Shown here one piece after another: positions 50,701 to 62,874 of a DNA stretch of 64,000 bases; positions within the stretch are counted from its first letter, which is position 1; the number at the start of each line of letters is the position of its first letter. Both the position numbers and the translations under genes were made by a program. Location of the stretch: NCBI GenBank assembly GCA_002269645.1, contig NIVC01001705.1:106115-170114 (forward strand). The letters are read 5' to 3'. The DNA comes from Macrostomum lignano (lineage: Eukaryota). The notes under the pieces were generated by a model. It did no database searches. It was not told the origin of the DNA and saw only the letters and a program-made list of their open reading frames with translations.

Positions 50701-53700
50701 TGCTGCTGCTGCTGGTGTGGCGGTTGCTGCTCCGATGTTGCAGCAATTCTGGGGCAGATTGAGATGCGGGTGATTCGTTGAATACTTCATTCTCTTGTTC
50801 AGAGCATCCCTTTAGTGTCTATATGATCATATCTAATATCTTACATATACCATCTACCTTTTGTAGATACCTGTCTGCCCTATTTACTCCTACCTCTCCC
50901 ATCCTTATCTACCTCTCCCCCATCCCTATCTAAATCTCCCATCCCTATCTACCTCTCTCATCCCTATCTACCTCTCCCATCCTTATCTACCTCTCCCCCA
51001 TCCCTATCTAAATCTCCCATCCCTATCTACCTCTCTCATCCCTATCTACCTCTCCCATCCTTATCTACCTCTCCCCCATCCCTATCTAACTCTCCCATCC
51101 CTATCTAAATCTCCCATCCCTATCTAAATCTCCCAATCCCTGTCTACCTCTCCCATCCTTATCTACCTCTCCCCCATCCATATCTAAATCTCCCATCCCT
51201 ATCTAAATCTCCCATCCCTATCTACCTCTCCCATCCCTATCTACCTCTCTCATCCCTATCTATCTCTCTCATCCCTATCTACCTCTCTCATCCCTATCTA
51301 CCTCTCCCATCCTTATCTACCTCTCCCCCATCCCTATCTAAATCTCCCATCCCTATCTACCTCTCTCATCCCTATCTACCTCTCCCATCCTTATCTACCT
51401 CTCCCCCATCCCTATCTAAATCTCCCATCCCTATCTAAATCTCCCATCCCTATCTAAATCTCCCAATCCCTGTCTACCTCTCCCATCCTTATCTACCTCT
51501 CCCCCATCCCTATCTAAATCTCCCATCCCTATCTACCTCTCTCATCCCTATCTACCTCTCCCATCCTTATCTACCTCTCCCCCATCCCTATCTAAATCTC
51601 CCATCCCTATCTAAATCTCCCATCCCTATCTAAATCTCCCATCCTATCTAAATCTCCCAATCCCTGTCTACCTCTCCCATCCTTATCTACCTCTCCCCCA
51701 TCCCTATCTAAATCTCCCATCCCTATCTAAATCTCCCATCCCTATCTACCTCTCCCATCCCTATCTACCTCTCTCATCCCTATCTATCTCTCTCATCCCT
51801 ATCTACCTCTCTCATCCCTATCTACCTCTCCCATCCCTATCTACCTCTCTCATCCCTATCTATCTCTCTCATCCCTATCTACCTCTCTCATCCCTATCTA
51901 CCTCTCTCATCTCTATCTACCTCTCTCATCTCTATCTACCTCTCTCATCCCTGTCTACCCCAATCTCACCTGGCCGTCGAGGCGGCAGCTCCTAGCGACA
52001 ACAGGGACGAGTTCTGACTGGCGCTGACAGACAAACATTGCCCATCTTGCGACGTCTGTGAAGAATTGATTGAGAAAATAAGAACAAAGTGAGAACCAGC
52101 CTAATCATGACAGATTACCGTAGGCTTCACTGCAGCATAAGAACGATAAAGAAATTGAACCAACCGCCGTATTATCAGCCGCCACGCTGCGCGGACTCGA
52201 GCCCGAACTCAACGAGTTGAACGATGACCCGATAGCGAAATCCACCGCCACGGAGGCCGCCGTGACGCCTTCGTTGACATTCGCGCCGTCTGCAGATGCC
52301 GCCGCAGCCGCGTCTTCGGCCGCGAAGCAGAGGGCGTCTCGAACTTCTTGGATTTTCTTACTGATCTGCGCCATCTTGAGTCATAGCGGGTGAACAACGT
52401 TCAGGATAGGCATGATCTGTGTCCCACCTGTCCTCTCCCTGTATCCCAATAGTTTTCTCCCTGCATCCCACCTGTCCTCTCCCTGCATCCCACCTGTCCT
52501 TTCCCTGCATCCCACCTGTCCTCTCCCTGCATCCCACCTGTCCTCTCCCTGCATCCCACCTGTCTTCTCCCTGCATCCCACCTGTCTTCTCTCTGCATCC
52601 AATCAGTCTTCTCCCTGCATCCCACCTGTCCTTTCCCTGCATCCAACCTGTCCTCTCCCTGCATCCCACCTGTCCTTTCCCTGCATCCCACCTGTCCTTT
52701 CCCTGCATCCCACCTGTCCTCTCCCTGCATCCCACCTGTCCTCTCCCTGCATCCCACCTGTCTTCTCTCTGCATCCCACCTGTCCTTTCCCTGCATCCCC
52801 CCTGTCCTTTCCCTGCATCCCACCTGTCCTCTCCCTGCATCCCACCTGTCTTCTCCCTGCATCCCACCTGTCTTCTCTCTGCATCCAATCAGTCTTCTCC
52901 CTGCATCCCACCTGTCCTCTCCCTGCATCCCACCTGTCCTCTCCCTGCATACCACCTGTCCTCTCCCTGCATCAAATCTCATACTCCCACAAAACCCGAA
53001 ATGTCATACCCGTTCCTTAGCCAGCTGGCACTCGGCGATGCGTTTCTTTTTAAGCTGACGCGGCTGCCGCGACTCCTTGGCCTCGCGAAGCAGCCGCGTG
53101 CTGGCCTCGACTAGGGCTTTGTGCACGGCCAGTTCTTGTTGCAATTGCTCCAGCTGGTAATGAGAGAGGGTGTTGTCAGCTTGATAGAGGGTTGTAAGAC
53201 TGGAAGGTCGGAGGTTCGATTCCCGACCCACTTGGAACAATTTGTGTCCTTGAGCAAGACACTCAACTCTGCATTGCTTCAGTTCACCCAGCTGTAAAAT
53301 GGGTGCCAGCATTAGCGGGGGTAATTGAGGGTGTGTGGCGACCTCCCAGTCCTTGGACTGAACGCAGCCTTCAGATGCGCCGCGCAATAGCTGCGGCTGA
53401 GCTGTTGGTTGCACATCTGACCATTAGAGCAGGTGTAACCAGGTAGTGCCAGCAAGTAGGCATTCTGATCTCGGAGTTGAGCACTGACACAGAGACACAC
53501 ACCGACTCGACTAGGGTATGTAACAGCGTCCATAAGGATTTTATCCTCATTAGGAAAATGTGCACAATATTGTGCATTAAAGGGTTTATCTACCCAGCCA
53601 AAAATAAAATATTAAAACACAGTTCTCGCTAGTGGAAGCTAAACCCTGCTTCGCTAATCAGATAGGAGATGAGAGGAGAGGAGAGGAGAGTAGAGAGAGG

Positions 53701-55190
53701 AGAGGGAGAGGAGAGGAGAGAAGAGAGAGGAGAGGAGAGGAGAGAGAGGAGAGAGAGGAGAGGAGAGGAGAGAGAGGAGAGGAGAGGAGAGGAGAGAGAG
53801 GAGAGGAGAGGAGAGGAGAGGAGAGAGAGGAGAGGAGAGAGAGGAGAGAGAGGAGAGGAGAGGAGAGAGGAGAGAGAGGAGAGGAGAGGAGAGGAGAGGA
53901 GAGGGAGAGGAGAGGAGAGGGAGAGGAGAGGAGAGGAGAAAGAGGAGAGGAGAAAGAGAGGAGAGGAGAGGAGAGGAGAGGAGAGGAGAGGAGAGAGAGG
54001 AGAGTAGAGGAGAGGAGAGAGAGGAGAGGGAGAGGAGAGGAGAGGAGAGAGAGGAGAGGATAGGAGAGGAGAGAGAGGAGAGGAGAGGAGAGGAGAGGAG
54101 AGGAGAGGAGAGGAGAGAGAGAGGAGAGGAGAGAGAGAGGAGAGGAGAGGGAGAGGAGAGGAGAGGAGAGAGAGGAGAGGAGAAAGAGAGGAGAGGAGAG
54201 GAGAGGAGAGGAGAGAGAGGAGAGGAGAGAGAGAGGAGAGGAGAGAGAGGAGAGGGAAAGGAGAGGAGAGGAGAGGGAGAGGAGAGGAGAGGAGAGAGAG
54301 GAGAGGATAGGAGAGGAGAGGAGAGGAGAGGAGAGAGAGAGGAGAGGAGAGAGAGAGAGAGGAGAGGAGAGAGAGAGAGAGAGAGGAGAGAAGAATGAGA
54401 GGAGAGGAGAGGAGAGAGAGGAGAGAGAGGAGAGGAGAGGAGAGAGAGGAGAGGAGAGGAGAGAGAGGAGAGGAGAGGAGAGGAGAGAGAGAGAGGAGAG
54501 GAGAGAGAGAGAGAGAGGAGAGGAGAGGAGAGAGGAGAGAGAGGAGAGGAGAGGAGAGGAGAGAAAGGAGAGGTGAGGAAAGAAGGGGGAGAGATAGAAA
54601 GGAGAGGAGAGGAGAGAGAGGAGAGGAGAGGAAAGAAGGGGGAGAGATAGAAAGGAGAGGAGAGGAGAGAGAGGAGAGGAGAGGAGAGAAGGGGGAGAGA
54701 TAGAAAAGAGAGGAGAGGAGAGAGGGAGAGGGGAGAGGAGGGAGAGGAGAAGGAGAAAGGAGGGGAAGAGAATAGAAGAGAAAACTTTATTCCCGTAAAT
54801 TTGTCCTTAATCCAGATGAATGCCAGCATGTTGTTGCTCATCAGTCTGTACCTGAACGGGACGATAAAAGGTCACTAACCTGTTGCTGCAGTTGAGATTC
54901 GGTCTCGCTGCATTGCTGCTGCTTGTCCTCGTGTTGGTTAGTTGTCACGGCAACCAAATACTGAGTTGGCAGGCATCTGGTATCCTCGGTATTGGGGTCG
55001 GCTGGCGAGTCGCCTCTGTTACCAATGGCGCCGCCGGAATCAACCAGAGAGGACTGGCTGTTGTTGGCTAGTGCCTGGTGCAATAGGTAGGCAGGCGATT
55101 CATTTCTATAAAAATCTCGGATATCTATAGACAGTGATAGGCAGTGAAACAGGCACCGATAGACAAGACTGCGAGGCACCGAAAATTGCA
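47748..55190 (-). CDS. Multi-exon coiled-coil / low-complexity protein, possibly CUPID-domain (FRMD4/CCDC120/stepping stone-like); exon model partial
   Basis: Clean exon 53010-53153 (LEQLQQELAVHKALVEASTRLLREAKESRQPRQLKKKRIAECQLAKER) in phase with the exon ending at 54880; further GC-rich open frames at about 52160-52370, 50196-50786 and 47748-48020 (DFSHEMLAWY...DSFL*). Confidence 0.45.
48740..49330. repeat. About 22-23-bp degenerate minisatellite ATAACCCGTTGCTATGCAGATT
   Basis: Shares the core GTTGCTATGC with 44860-45230. Confidence 0.88.
49880..50070. repeat. About 32-bp tandem repeat CTAACTAAAATGGGAAATTTAGGAGGATGATAT
   Basis: About 6 diverged copies. Confidence 0.8.
50870..51955. repeat. 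Pyrimidine-rich minisatellite CCATCCCTATCTACCTCTC
   Basis: Direct inspection. Confidence 0.95.
52420..52975. repeat. 22-bp minisatellite CTGCATCCCACCTGTCCTCTCC
   Basis: Direct inspection. Confidence 0.95.
53205..53310 (+). mobile_element. 5-prime-truncated tRNA-derived SINE with CORE-like domain
   Basis: B box GGTTCGATTCC at 53213-53223, then GTGTCCTTGAGCAAGACACTCAACTCTG...CTTCAGTTCACCCAGCTGTAAAATGGG, resembling the MIR/CORE consensus. Confidence 0.65.
53665..54780. repeat. (GAGAG)n-type purine repeat
   Basis: Direct inspection. Confidence 0.95.
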
Positions 55191-55269
55191 ATCTAGCTCG
55201 AATTTATTCGGTAGACACAGGATCACGCTGAATCAGCCAATAAACAAGCATCTATGGACAACGTATTTA

Positions 55270-56604
55270 GACATCTGTAGACACAAATAGACGTCTCTAA
55301 ATACCTAATTATCAACCCATTCATGATCATCTATTAAGAAACCCAAATAAGACATCTACAGACACTCAAATGAGACATCTGCAGACACTCAAATGAGATT
55401 ATCTACAGACACCCAAATAAGATATTTACAGACACTCAAATAGGACATCTGCAGACACTCAAATGAGATTATCTACAGACACTCAAATAAGATATCTACA
55501 GACACTCAAATGAGACATCTACAGACACTCAAGCAAGACATCTACAGACACCCAAATAAGATATCTACAGACACTCAAATAAGACATCTGCAGACACTCA
55601 AATGAGATTATCTACAGACACTCAAGCAAGACATCTACAGACACTCAAATAAGACATCTACAGACACTCAAATGAGACATCTACAGACACTCAAATGAGA
55701 TTATCTACAGACACCCAAATAAGATATCTACAGACACTCAAATGAGACATCTACAGACACTCAAGCAAGACATCTACAGACACCCAAATAAGAAATCTAC
55801 AGACACTCAAATGAGACATCAACAGACACTCAAGCAAGACATCTACAGACACCCAAATAAGAAATCTACAGACACTCAAATAAGAAATCTACAGACACTC
55901 AAATGAGACATCTACAGACACCCAAATAAGAAATCTACAGACACTCAAATGAGACATCTACAGACACTCAAGCAAGACATCTACAGACACCCAAATAAGA
56001 AATCTACAGACACTCAAATAAGAAATCTACAGACACTCAAATGAGACATCTACAGACACCCAAATAAGACATCCACAGGCACCCAAAAAAATCTACAGAC
56101 ACCCAAATAAGATATCTACAGACACTCAAATAATATATCTACAGACACTCAAACAAGAAATCTACAGACACTCAAATAAGACATCTACAGACACCCAAAT
56201 AAGACATCTACAGACACCCAGATAAGACATCTACAGACACCAAATAAGACATCTGCAGACACCCAAATAAGACATCTACAGACACCCAAATAAGACATCT
56301 GCAGACACCCAAATAAGACATCTACAGACACCCAAATAAGACATCTACAGATACCCAAATAAGAAATCTACAGACACTCAAATAAGACATCTACAGACAC
56401 CCAAATAAGAAATCTACAGACACTCAAATAAGACATCTACAGACACCCAAATAAGAAATCTACAGACACTCAAATAAGACATCTACAGACACCCAAATAA
56501 GAAATCTACAGACACTCAAATAAGACATCTACAGACACCCAAATAAGACATCTACAGACACCCAAATAAGACATCCACAGGCACCCAAAAAAATCTACAG
56601 ACAC
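55270..56604. repeat. 22-bp minisatellite AGACATCTACAGACACTCAAAT
   Basis: Direct inspection; ends exactly at the Polinton terminus. Confidence 0.95.
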
Positions 56605-57108
56605 TAGTAGTATATACGATACAAAATACCCAGCAAACCATTCTCACCATTGCAAACAATTTAACCCTTTATCAGTGTGAAATGGCCTGTTTCCCTTCAT
56701 TTTCGCTCGTCTTCACTTCGCTCAACTCGCTTCGCTCATCCTCGCTTCATTTCGGTCAAACAGGCCATTTCACACTTACAACGATTAATTCTTTTTGAAT
56801 GGTGAGAACACGCCCTCGTCGCTCGCTTTGGTTTGCTGGGTATTTTGTATCGTCAACGCTTCCAACTCTCTCCAACACACACAAACTTTCTAGAACCCGT
56901 CGCACGCGCCGCAGGCGCGAAGGGTCGGAAAGAATAGAAGCTATTTATAGTCAGCTCACCTACCCACCCAACATTCCATTTAGACCAGATTTTAGACCAA
57001 ACAAAACTAGACCATCGTTTTGGTTTTCGTTTTCAAAAATTTGGTCTAAAATCTGGTCTAAATGGAATGCAGACAATCTTTTTTCTGTTACTAAAAATAG
57101 AACAAAAA

Positions 57109-57506
57109 ATGACACACGTTACACATGTGCAAAATATAAATGAGTATCAGGTAGGAGATCCAATTGAATACCGAGGTGAGGGACTTTTTGATTTGGTTGG
57201 AACAGCAGCAAATTTTGTTAAAGACAATATGGGGCTTATAGGGCAAGCTGGCTCTGCAGCAGGCTCTATAACAAATGCTGTAAAAGGAGGAATTGAAGCA
57301 GCTAGAGCGGCAGAAGAACTAAAGAAATTGAGAGATTTTAACGACACCCTCTCACAAATAAATGCAATAAAAGATTTAAAGCTGGCACAAGCCGCACAAC
57401 CAACAGAAACCCCACGAAAAGCGCATCAATAAGTAATAAAGATATTCAGGATTTTAATAAAATGTTAAATACTATTAAAGGTGGAAAAGGATTAAAGAAA
57501 TTTTAA
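57109..57506 (+). CDS. Polinton small Gly/Ala-rich amphipathic protein (possible membrane-lytic/core), about 132 aa after repairing one frameshift
   Basis: YRGEGLFDLVGTAANFVKDNMGLIGQAG...; +1 C at 57410-57413 continues to DFNKMLNTIKGGKGLKKF*. Confidence 0.55.
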
Positions 57507-57516
57507 CAATATAAAA

Positions 57517-58507
57517 ATGGACTCAGTTAATGATGAAAACCGGTTATATTTTATAGGAGAAATTGTAGATACCTTAAATCTTGATGATAATAAGCAAACC
57601 CACACAATGTTAAAAAGATTGGATCGATTAGGTAAAAAGTTTGACTACGACATCGATACATTTAAACTCGCAGCAAAATATGCACAAGAAGGAAGGCCAA
57701 TATCCTTTAAGAATCGCGGCAGAAATTATAGGTTGACAGACTCCGATGTGAAATTTTTAATGGAGACTCACACTAAAAAGGACGGCGGATTACTACCCAT
57801 TCTACCGCTTCTTTTAGGGCTTGGCGCAGCTGGAGCAGTCGGTTTAGCCGGAAAAAGAATTCATGATAATGTAAAACAGCTAGGAGAGTTAAGAGCGAAA
57901 CAGGGGGAATCTTGCCCCTTGCAGCTTTGCTCCCAATAATTTTTGCAGGAATTGGAGCAGCTGGAGGAGTTGCTGGCGGAGCAGCTGGAATTGCAAAAGC
58001 AGTAAATGACAAAAAAGCTGCGGACGAAAAAGCTAAAAGAGAGGCCGAATTTCAAAGACAGCAAATAACGCAGGACGCACAATTTAAACAAAAACTTATC
58101 GATACAATTAATAGTAGTTCAGCAACAGCTGAGCAAAAAAGAAATGCAGAAGCTAGGTTATCAGCTGGAAAAGGGTTAATACTAAAAGGATCAAATCATG
58201 GCAATGGTTTACTTTTACAAGGAACAACCCAAGGAAGCGGAGTTGTAGCAGATAAACTACATGAATTTGGTCAAACTTTAGAAAAAACGGGTGAGAAAGC
58301 TAAAGGATTTTTTGACAATATTGGGCTAATTTTAGGCCAGCAGTTCAGAAGATTTTTACTAAATTAGGAAAAGATTTTAACATAATTGAAAAGCATGATG
58401 GAAGCGGATTATATCTCGAAATGAGACCAAAAGCAGGTTCAGGAATTTTCTTAAATTCAAACGTTATGGGCAATGGATTGCTGTTACCAAAAGCAGATCT
58501 CGAATAG
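57517..58507 (+). CDS. Polinton core-protein precursor with two adenovirus pX(mu)-like motifs, about 330 aa after repairing two frameshifts
   Basis: KDGGLLPILPLLLGLG and KQGGILPLAALLPIIFAGIGAAGG; repeated GKGL/GNGL/GSGL motifs; +1 G at 57903-57907 and at 58323-58325 join the pieces. Confidence 0.6.
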
Positions 58508-58585
58508 GCTCCTGGGGGGTGGGTCAGGAAAAAACAAAATTAAAAAATCAATAATTCAAACATTATATAAATTATATTCTATAAA

Positions 58586-61500
58586 ATGGAACAAAGATTG
58601 ACCCCAGATCAGATTCGACAACTTCTTGCAAATGAGCGCCAACAGTTCAATCGATTACAAAGACAGATTGAACAAATTGAACAGCGCCAAAGACAACAAC
58701 GCCGCCAAAGAGCAAGAGAAAGACAGAGAGAAAGGCAGAGAGAAAGAGAAATACAAGACCAACAAATAAATGCATTAGCAAATAATATAAGGGCAGAATA
58801 TGAAATGAAGCGATTAATAGAAAAGGCTGAATATGAAAAAAGAATAGCAGAATTAGAAAAAAACCAAAAGAAACCCACACGTCGGAAACCTCGGAATAAA
58901 TCGGATGAAAAACCATTAGATGAGTTTATTAGGGTTTATCGATTTGAACCAATGCAGAATGTCCTAGATTTTATTGAAACCCAGCTTTCAAACGGATATG
59001 CTGTTGAAATTACTAATGCGAGGGTACAATATTTTTATAATAAAACCGGAGATGATCGTGAAGAGATTAATCAATACTTAGCAACATTTTATAATATAAG
59101 CCAATTTCAAGCTTGGTTTAAGCATTTGGTAGAAAATTACGACATGAATTTAAGTGTGTTTTCTGGAAGACTTAAAATGACACCAAACGAAATTACACTT
59201 AAACACGAAAGGTCAAAGCAGGGTATGGAACAAATGTCATGTGTGAAATTGTAGAGTATAAAGATGAGTACTGTTACATACCTAGTGATGGAAATTGTTT
59301 CTACAAGTGTGTTCAGTTTATTTATGGTGATAAAGCCCCATCCAAAGACGAATATGGTGCTTGGTTGTTCGACTCAAGAACCCAAAGAGGTTTAATGACA
59401 AATTCAAGAATTGGAAGATTCAATGAATATTTTAATCTTAATATAGGGCTGTACAACACCAAAAATCGTGGCATTGAACCAAAGTCTCAAAGAGGGATTC
59501 ACCACGATTGGTTATTAATAAATTATTTCCACACACCGATTACCACATTGGCATTATTGTCTTATATCAAATAAACAACGAGGAATCGCCCTCGAACGGA
59601 TAAAAGACAATTATAAAGTTGTATATAAAAACCCAACGCTCGAAAATGTTAAGGAGCTAAAAATGTTCAACACACCCACAAATCCCAATAAATCAAACGT
59701 ATATATATTTGATTTTGAAACATATTTAAATTATAATCAACAAGCATGTCCGTATGCGGTTGGTCTTTTAAACTATAACGACTTTTCTAATAAGTGTAAT
59801 GAAACCCCAGAGACAATAAAGAAACTAACTAAGATCTTGATATCAGATCGCGGTTGTGATTTTCAAACAGATGGAGATAAGGTTGACCGTGCCGAAGGTT
59901 CGCAACCAAAGGTTGATTGTGTTAGAAAAATGTTTAAATACCTTGGTACAGTTAGGTCAAAAAAGATTGTTTTGATCGCGCATAACTCATCCCGCTTTGA
60001 TTCATACATACCACTATTTTGTAATATAAAACCAATTAAAATTCTCAAAACCCAAGAGGAATATTATCAATAACTTTTGTAAACGATTACGCGTCAAAAG
60101 AGGTTAGTGCATTTATAAACAAAGATAAGAAGAAGAATCATAAGGATTCGAAACAAACCATTACGATGCTTTGTTCATATCAACACGCATCAATGAGTTT
60201 AAAAAAGTTTTGCTCATCAATGACAATTAGAGAGGATTTGCGAAAGACCTCAATGGTTCACGACATTACCGAACACGACTATTTAGAGCGCATGGACGAA
60301 TGGTATGAATATTTACAATTTGATCTTATTTCTTTATGCGCCTGTATTCATAAGTATAATGAAATAGCATATGAAATTGGAGGAATGACAATGTTCGATA
60401 CTCTTACCTGTTCAAGTTTAACATTAAAATGTTGGTTTAAAGATTTTGTTAGAGTTGAAGACAAAATGAAACAATATCTAAAGACAGAAGAAAAAACTAA
60501 TTACATTAAAAAAGTTGAAGAAATAATATCTCCGTTGAAAATAGAGGATTATTTTGACTTAAGCAAACTTGAAAAAGCAAAATACCAAACACTATTAAGA
60601 AAAGAATTTTCAGTTCACTCTCATACCAATCCTTATATACGAAGGTTTATGCGGGACGCAGTCAAAGGAGGCAGGGTATTTGCACTAATAAATAAATATG
60701 AAAGCGACTGTTTTCAAACAATTGTAGACGTTGTAAAAGCCCATTTAAAAACACCAACAAGCGACCCATGCGAGGTTATATCATCTTATCTCAAAAGCGA
60801 TATGGAAGAAAAAAAGAAAATCGCAATTAAACTAAAAAAGCAATTGGGTACCGTATCAGATTGTTTAATGAATTTTGATGGAGTTTCGTTGTACCCATCT
60901 GCCATGTCTGATAAGGATAGTGAATATCCAAGAGCAGAAACAGCAAGAGTTTTTGATATAAGCGAGGAAAAAGATTTCTTGGCACAATTTAATTCACAAA
61001 CCTTTCGACCAAAAACAGCGGTTTTAAAGATTATGTATGAGAATCCTAACACCGTTTTTCTTCAACATCTCCCATCGAAAGATAAAGAGAAATTTTATAA
61101 TCCGGAAACAAAAGCAAACGAAACAAAAACATTAAATAGGTTTAGAAACGGAAAAGTAATTGACACCTTATGTTCCGTAGATATACAAGAAATTGTAAGA
61201 ATGGGTGGAAAAATATTAAAGATATATAGTGGAATTGTATATGAAAAAAATTACGATTTCTCTCCGTTTCAGAATTATATTACAAATCTTTTTGAAATGA
61301 GAAAAGTATTTAAAAAAGAAAATAACGAGGCAGGTTCTGAATTGGTAAAAACACTATTAAATTCATTATATGGCAAAACAGTTCAAAGAGACATTACTTT
61401 CACAACACATCTCTGGAATTTGCAAACATTAAAAACCGAATACGATGACACAATCAAATCATATGAGAAAATATGTGACGATTTATATTATGTTGAAAAA

Positions 61501-62202
61501 AATAAAGACACGCAAGAATATGTAGATGAGGAAGAGGAAAGTCCTATAACAAGCCTTTGTCCAGCACAATTAGGAATATTTATCTTAGCTCATTCAAGAA
61601 GGATCATGAATAATTTTATTACCTCTATAGAGGGCTCAAAGACTCCAGAAATTTATTACGGCGATACAGATTCGTTATATATACATAAAAAACATTGGGA
61701 CACATTAAATAAAAACGGGCATGTTGGAAATAACTTAAGTCAAGGAAAAAATGATTATGGAGAGGGTGGAATTATATTCGGTTATTTTATCGCTCCTAAA
61801 ATTAAATATTGTCTTTTATTGAAAGACGATTTTATTATGGAAGAGAAAAAAACATTTAAAGGATGTGCAAACGATAAGATTAATTTTGCATCGTTTAAAA
61901 CTTTATATGATGGACAGTCAATAAAAGTAAATAATAATGCTCCGTGGAAACGATCATTTGAAGGTGGTATAACAATTCCTCAAAGCGGATCAACAATATC
62001 AAAAACATATACCTCTACGATAAACACATTTAAAAGAGAAAAACCGGATAAAAACGGAGTTATGAAACCATTCTTTAAAAACTATTTTGATGACAAACCA
62101 CAGCATGAACATTCAATTGAATATTATAACAGTTTACTATTTGACGTTGACTATAATTGTTTTGAGTTCGATATTGATGAATTAGCACTTGAAAAAAACT
62201 AA
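58586..62202 (+). CDS. polB: Protein-primed family-B DNA polymerase (N-terminal region + OTU-like + exonuclease + polymerase), about 1205 aa across three frameshifts
   Basis: IFDFET (ExoI), IAHNSSRFD (ExoII), FDGVSLYPSAM, KTLLNSLYGK, YGDTDSL; joins ORFs 58586, 59239, 59663 and 60166. Confidence 0.93.
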
Positions 62203-62580
62203 AGCATGTAATTGTTTAAGCATAATATCCATTTCGATTTCATATAATATTGAGCCAATTTCCTCACAGTCGCAGGGTAACTTAAACAATCCTTTATTTT
62301 TTCCTAAGTTTTTTTATTTTTCTAACCAATCTATCTATTTCAATTTCAATTACTATTTCAGCATAAGCAATTGCAGATTTAATAAAACGTTTTCTTTTAT
62401 CATTCATATCGGATGGGAAACATATCGTCCCCATACTCATGATATTTCTGAGATATAATTATATTTATTTTTTTATTAATATCATTAAGTTCACGCTCTT
62501 TAGTGATAAGGATTTTTATGTATCCATTTTCTTATAAAAAATTTAGTCTTCGTCGTCATCCTCCCAAACAGCCGCCAATT

Positions 62581-62874
62581 TTACAGTCCTATCACTCTTT
62601 TTATTATTTGTTTTTTTAGTTTAAATTGCAATCCACCCTCGTTGCAGTATTTCATAACAAACGCTTTAGGTTTATTAATAACTAAAACAGGAAAATTTTT
62701 AACATCATCTCCGCTTAGACATAAAATTTTTTGCCCATCTAATTGTAAAAATATTGATTGAAGCCCAATAAATTTAACCTGTCTCAAACATATAATATTA
62801 TATTCTTTATTCTCCAACATATTGGGTGTGAGATAATTAATCACATTAGAATCGGTTTTGAACCAGCTCTCCAT
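62581..62874 (-). CDS. Polinton hypothetical protein, about 97 aa
   Basis: ATG at 62874 preceded by an A-rich context; MESWFKTDSNVINYL...; no recognisable motif. Confidence 0.45.
   Translation of the reverse strand: MESWFKTDSNVINYLTPNMLENKEYNIICLRQVKFIGLQSIFLQLDGQKILCLSGDDVKNFPVLVINKPKAFVMKYCNEGGLQFKLKKQIIKRVIGL

Noticed and set aside
53340-53530. Cys-containing minus-strand ORFs in the intron next to the SINE
   Set aside because: Exons 54880 and 53153 join in phase without them, and they have no motif or convincing splice sites.
57903-57907. Programmed -1 ribosomal frameshift in the core gene
   Set aside because: There is no canonical X XXY YYZ heptamer, and the same one-base deficit occurs at four other G/C runs.
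58586-62202. PolB as a bacterial/phage contaminant or mitochondrial plasmid
   Set aside because: It is contiguous with host satellite DNA at an AGTAGT terminus and has Polinton-type neighbouring genes and an OTU-like domain.
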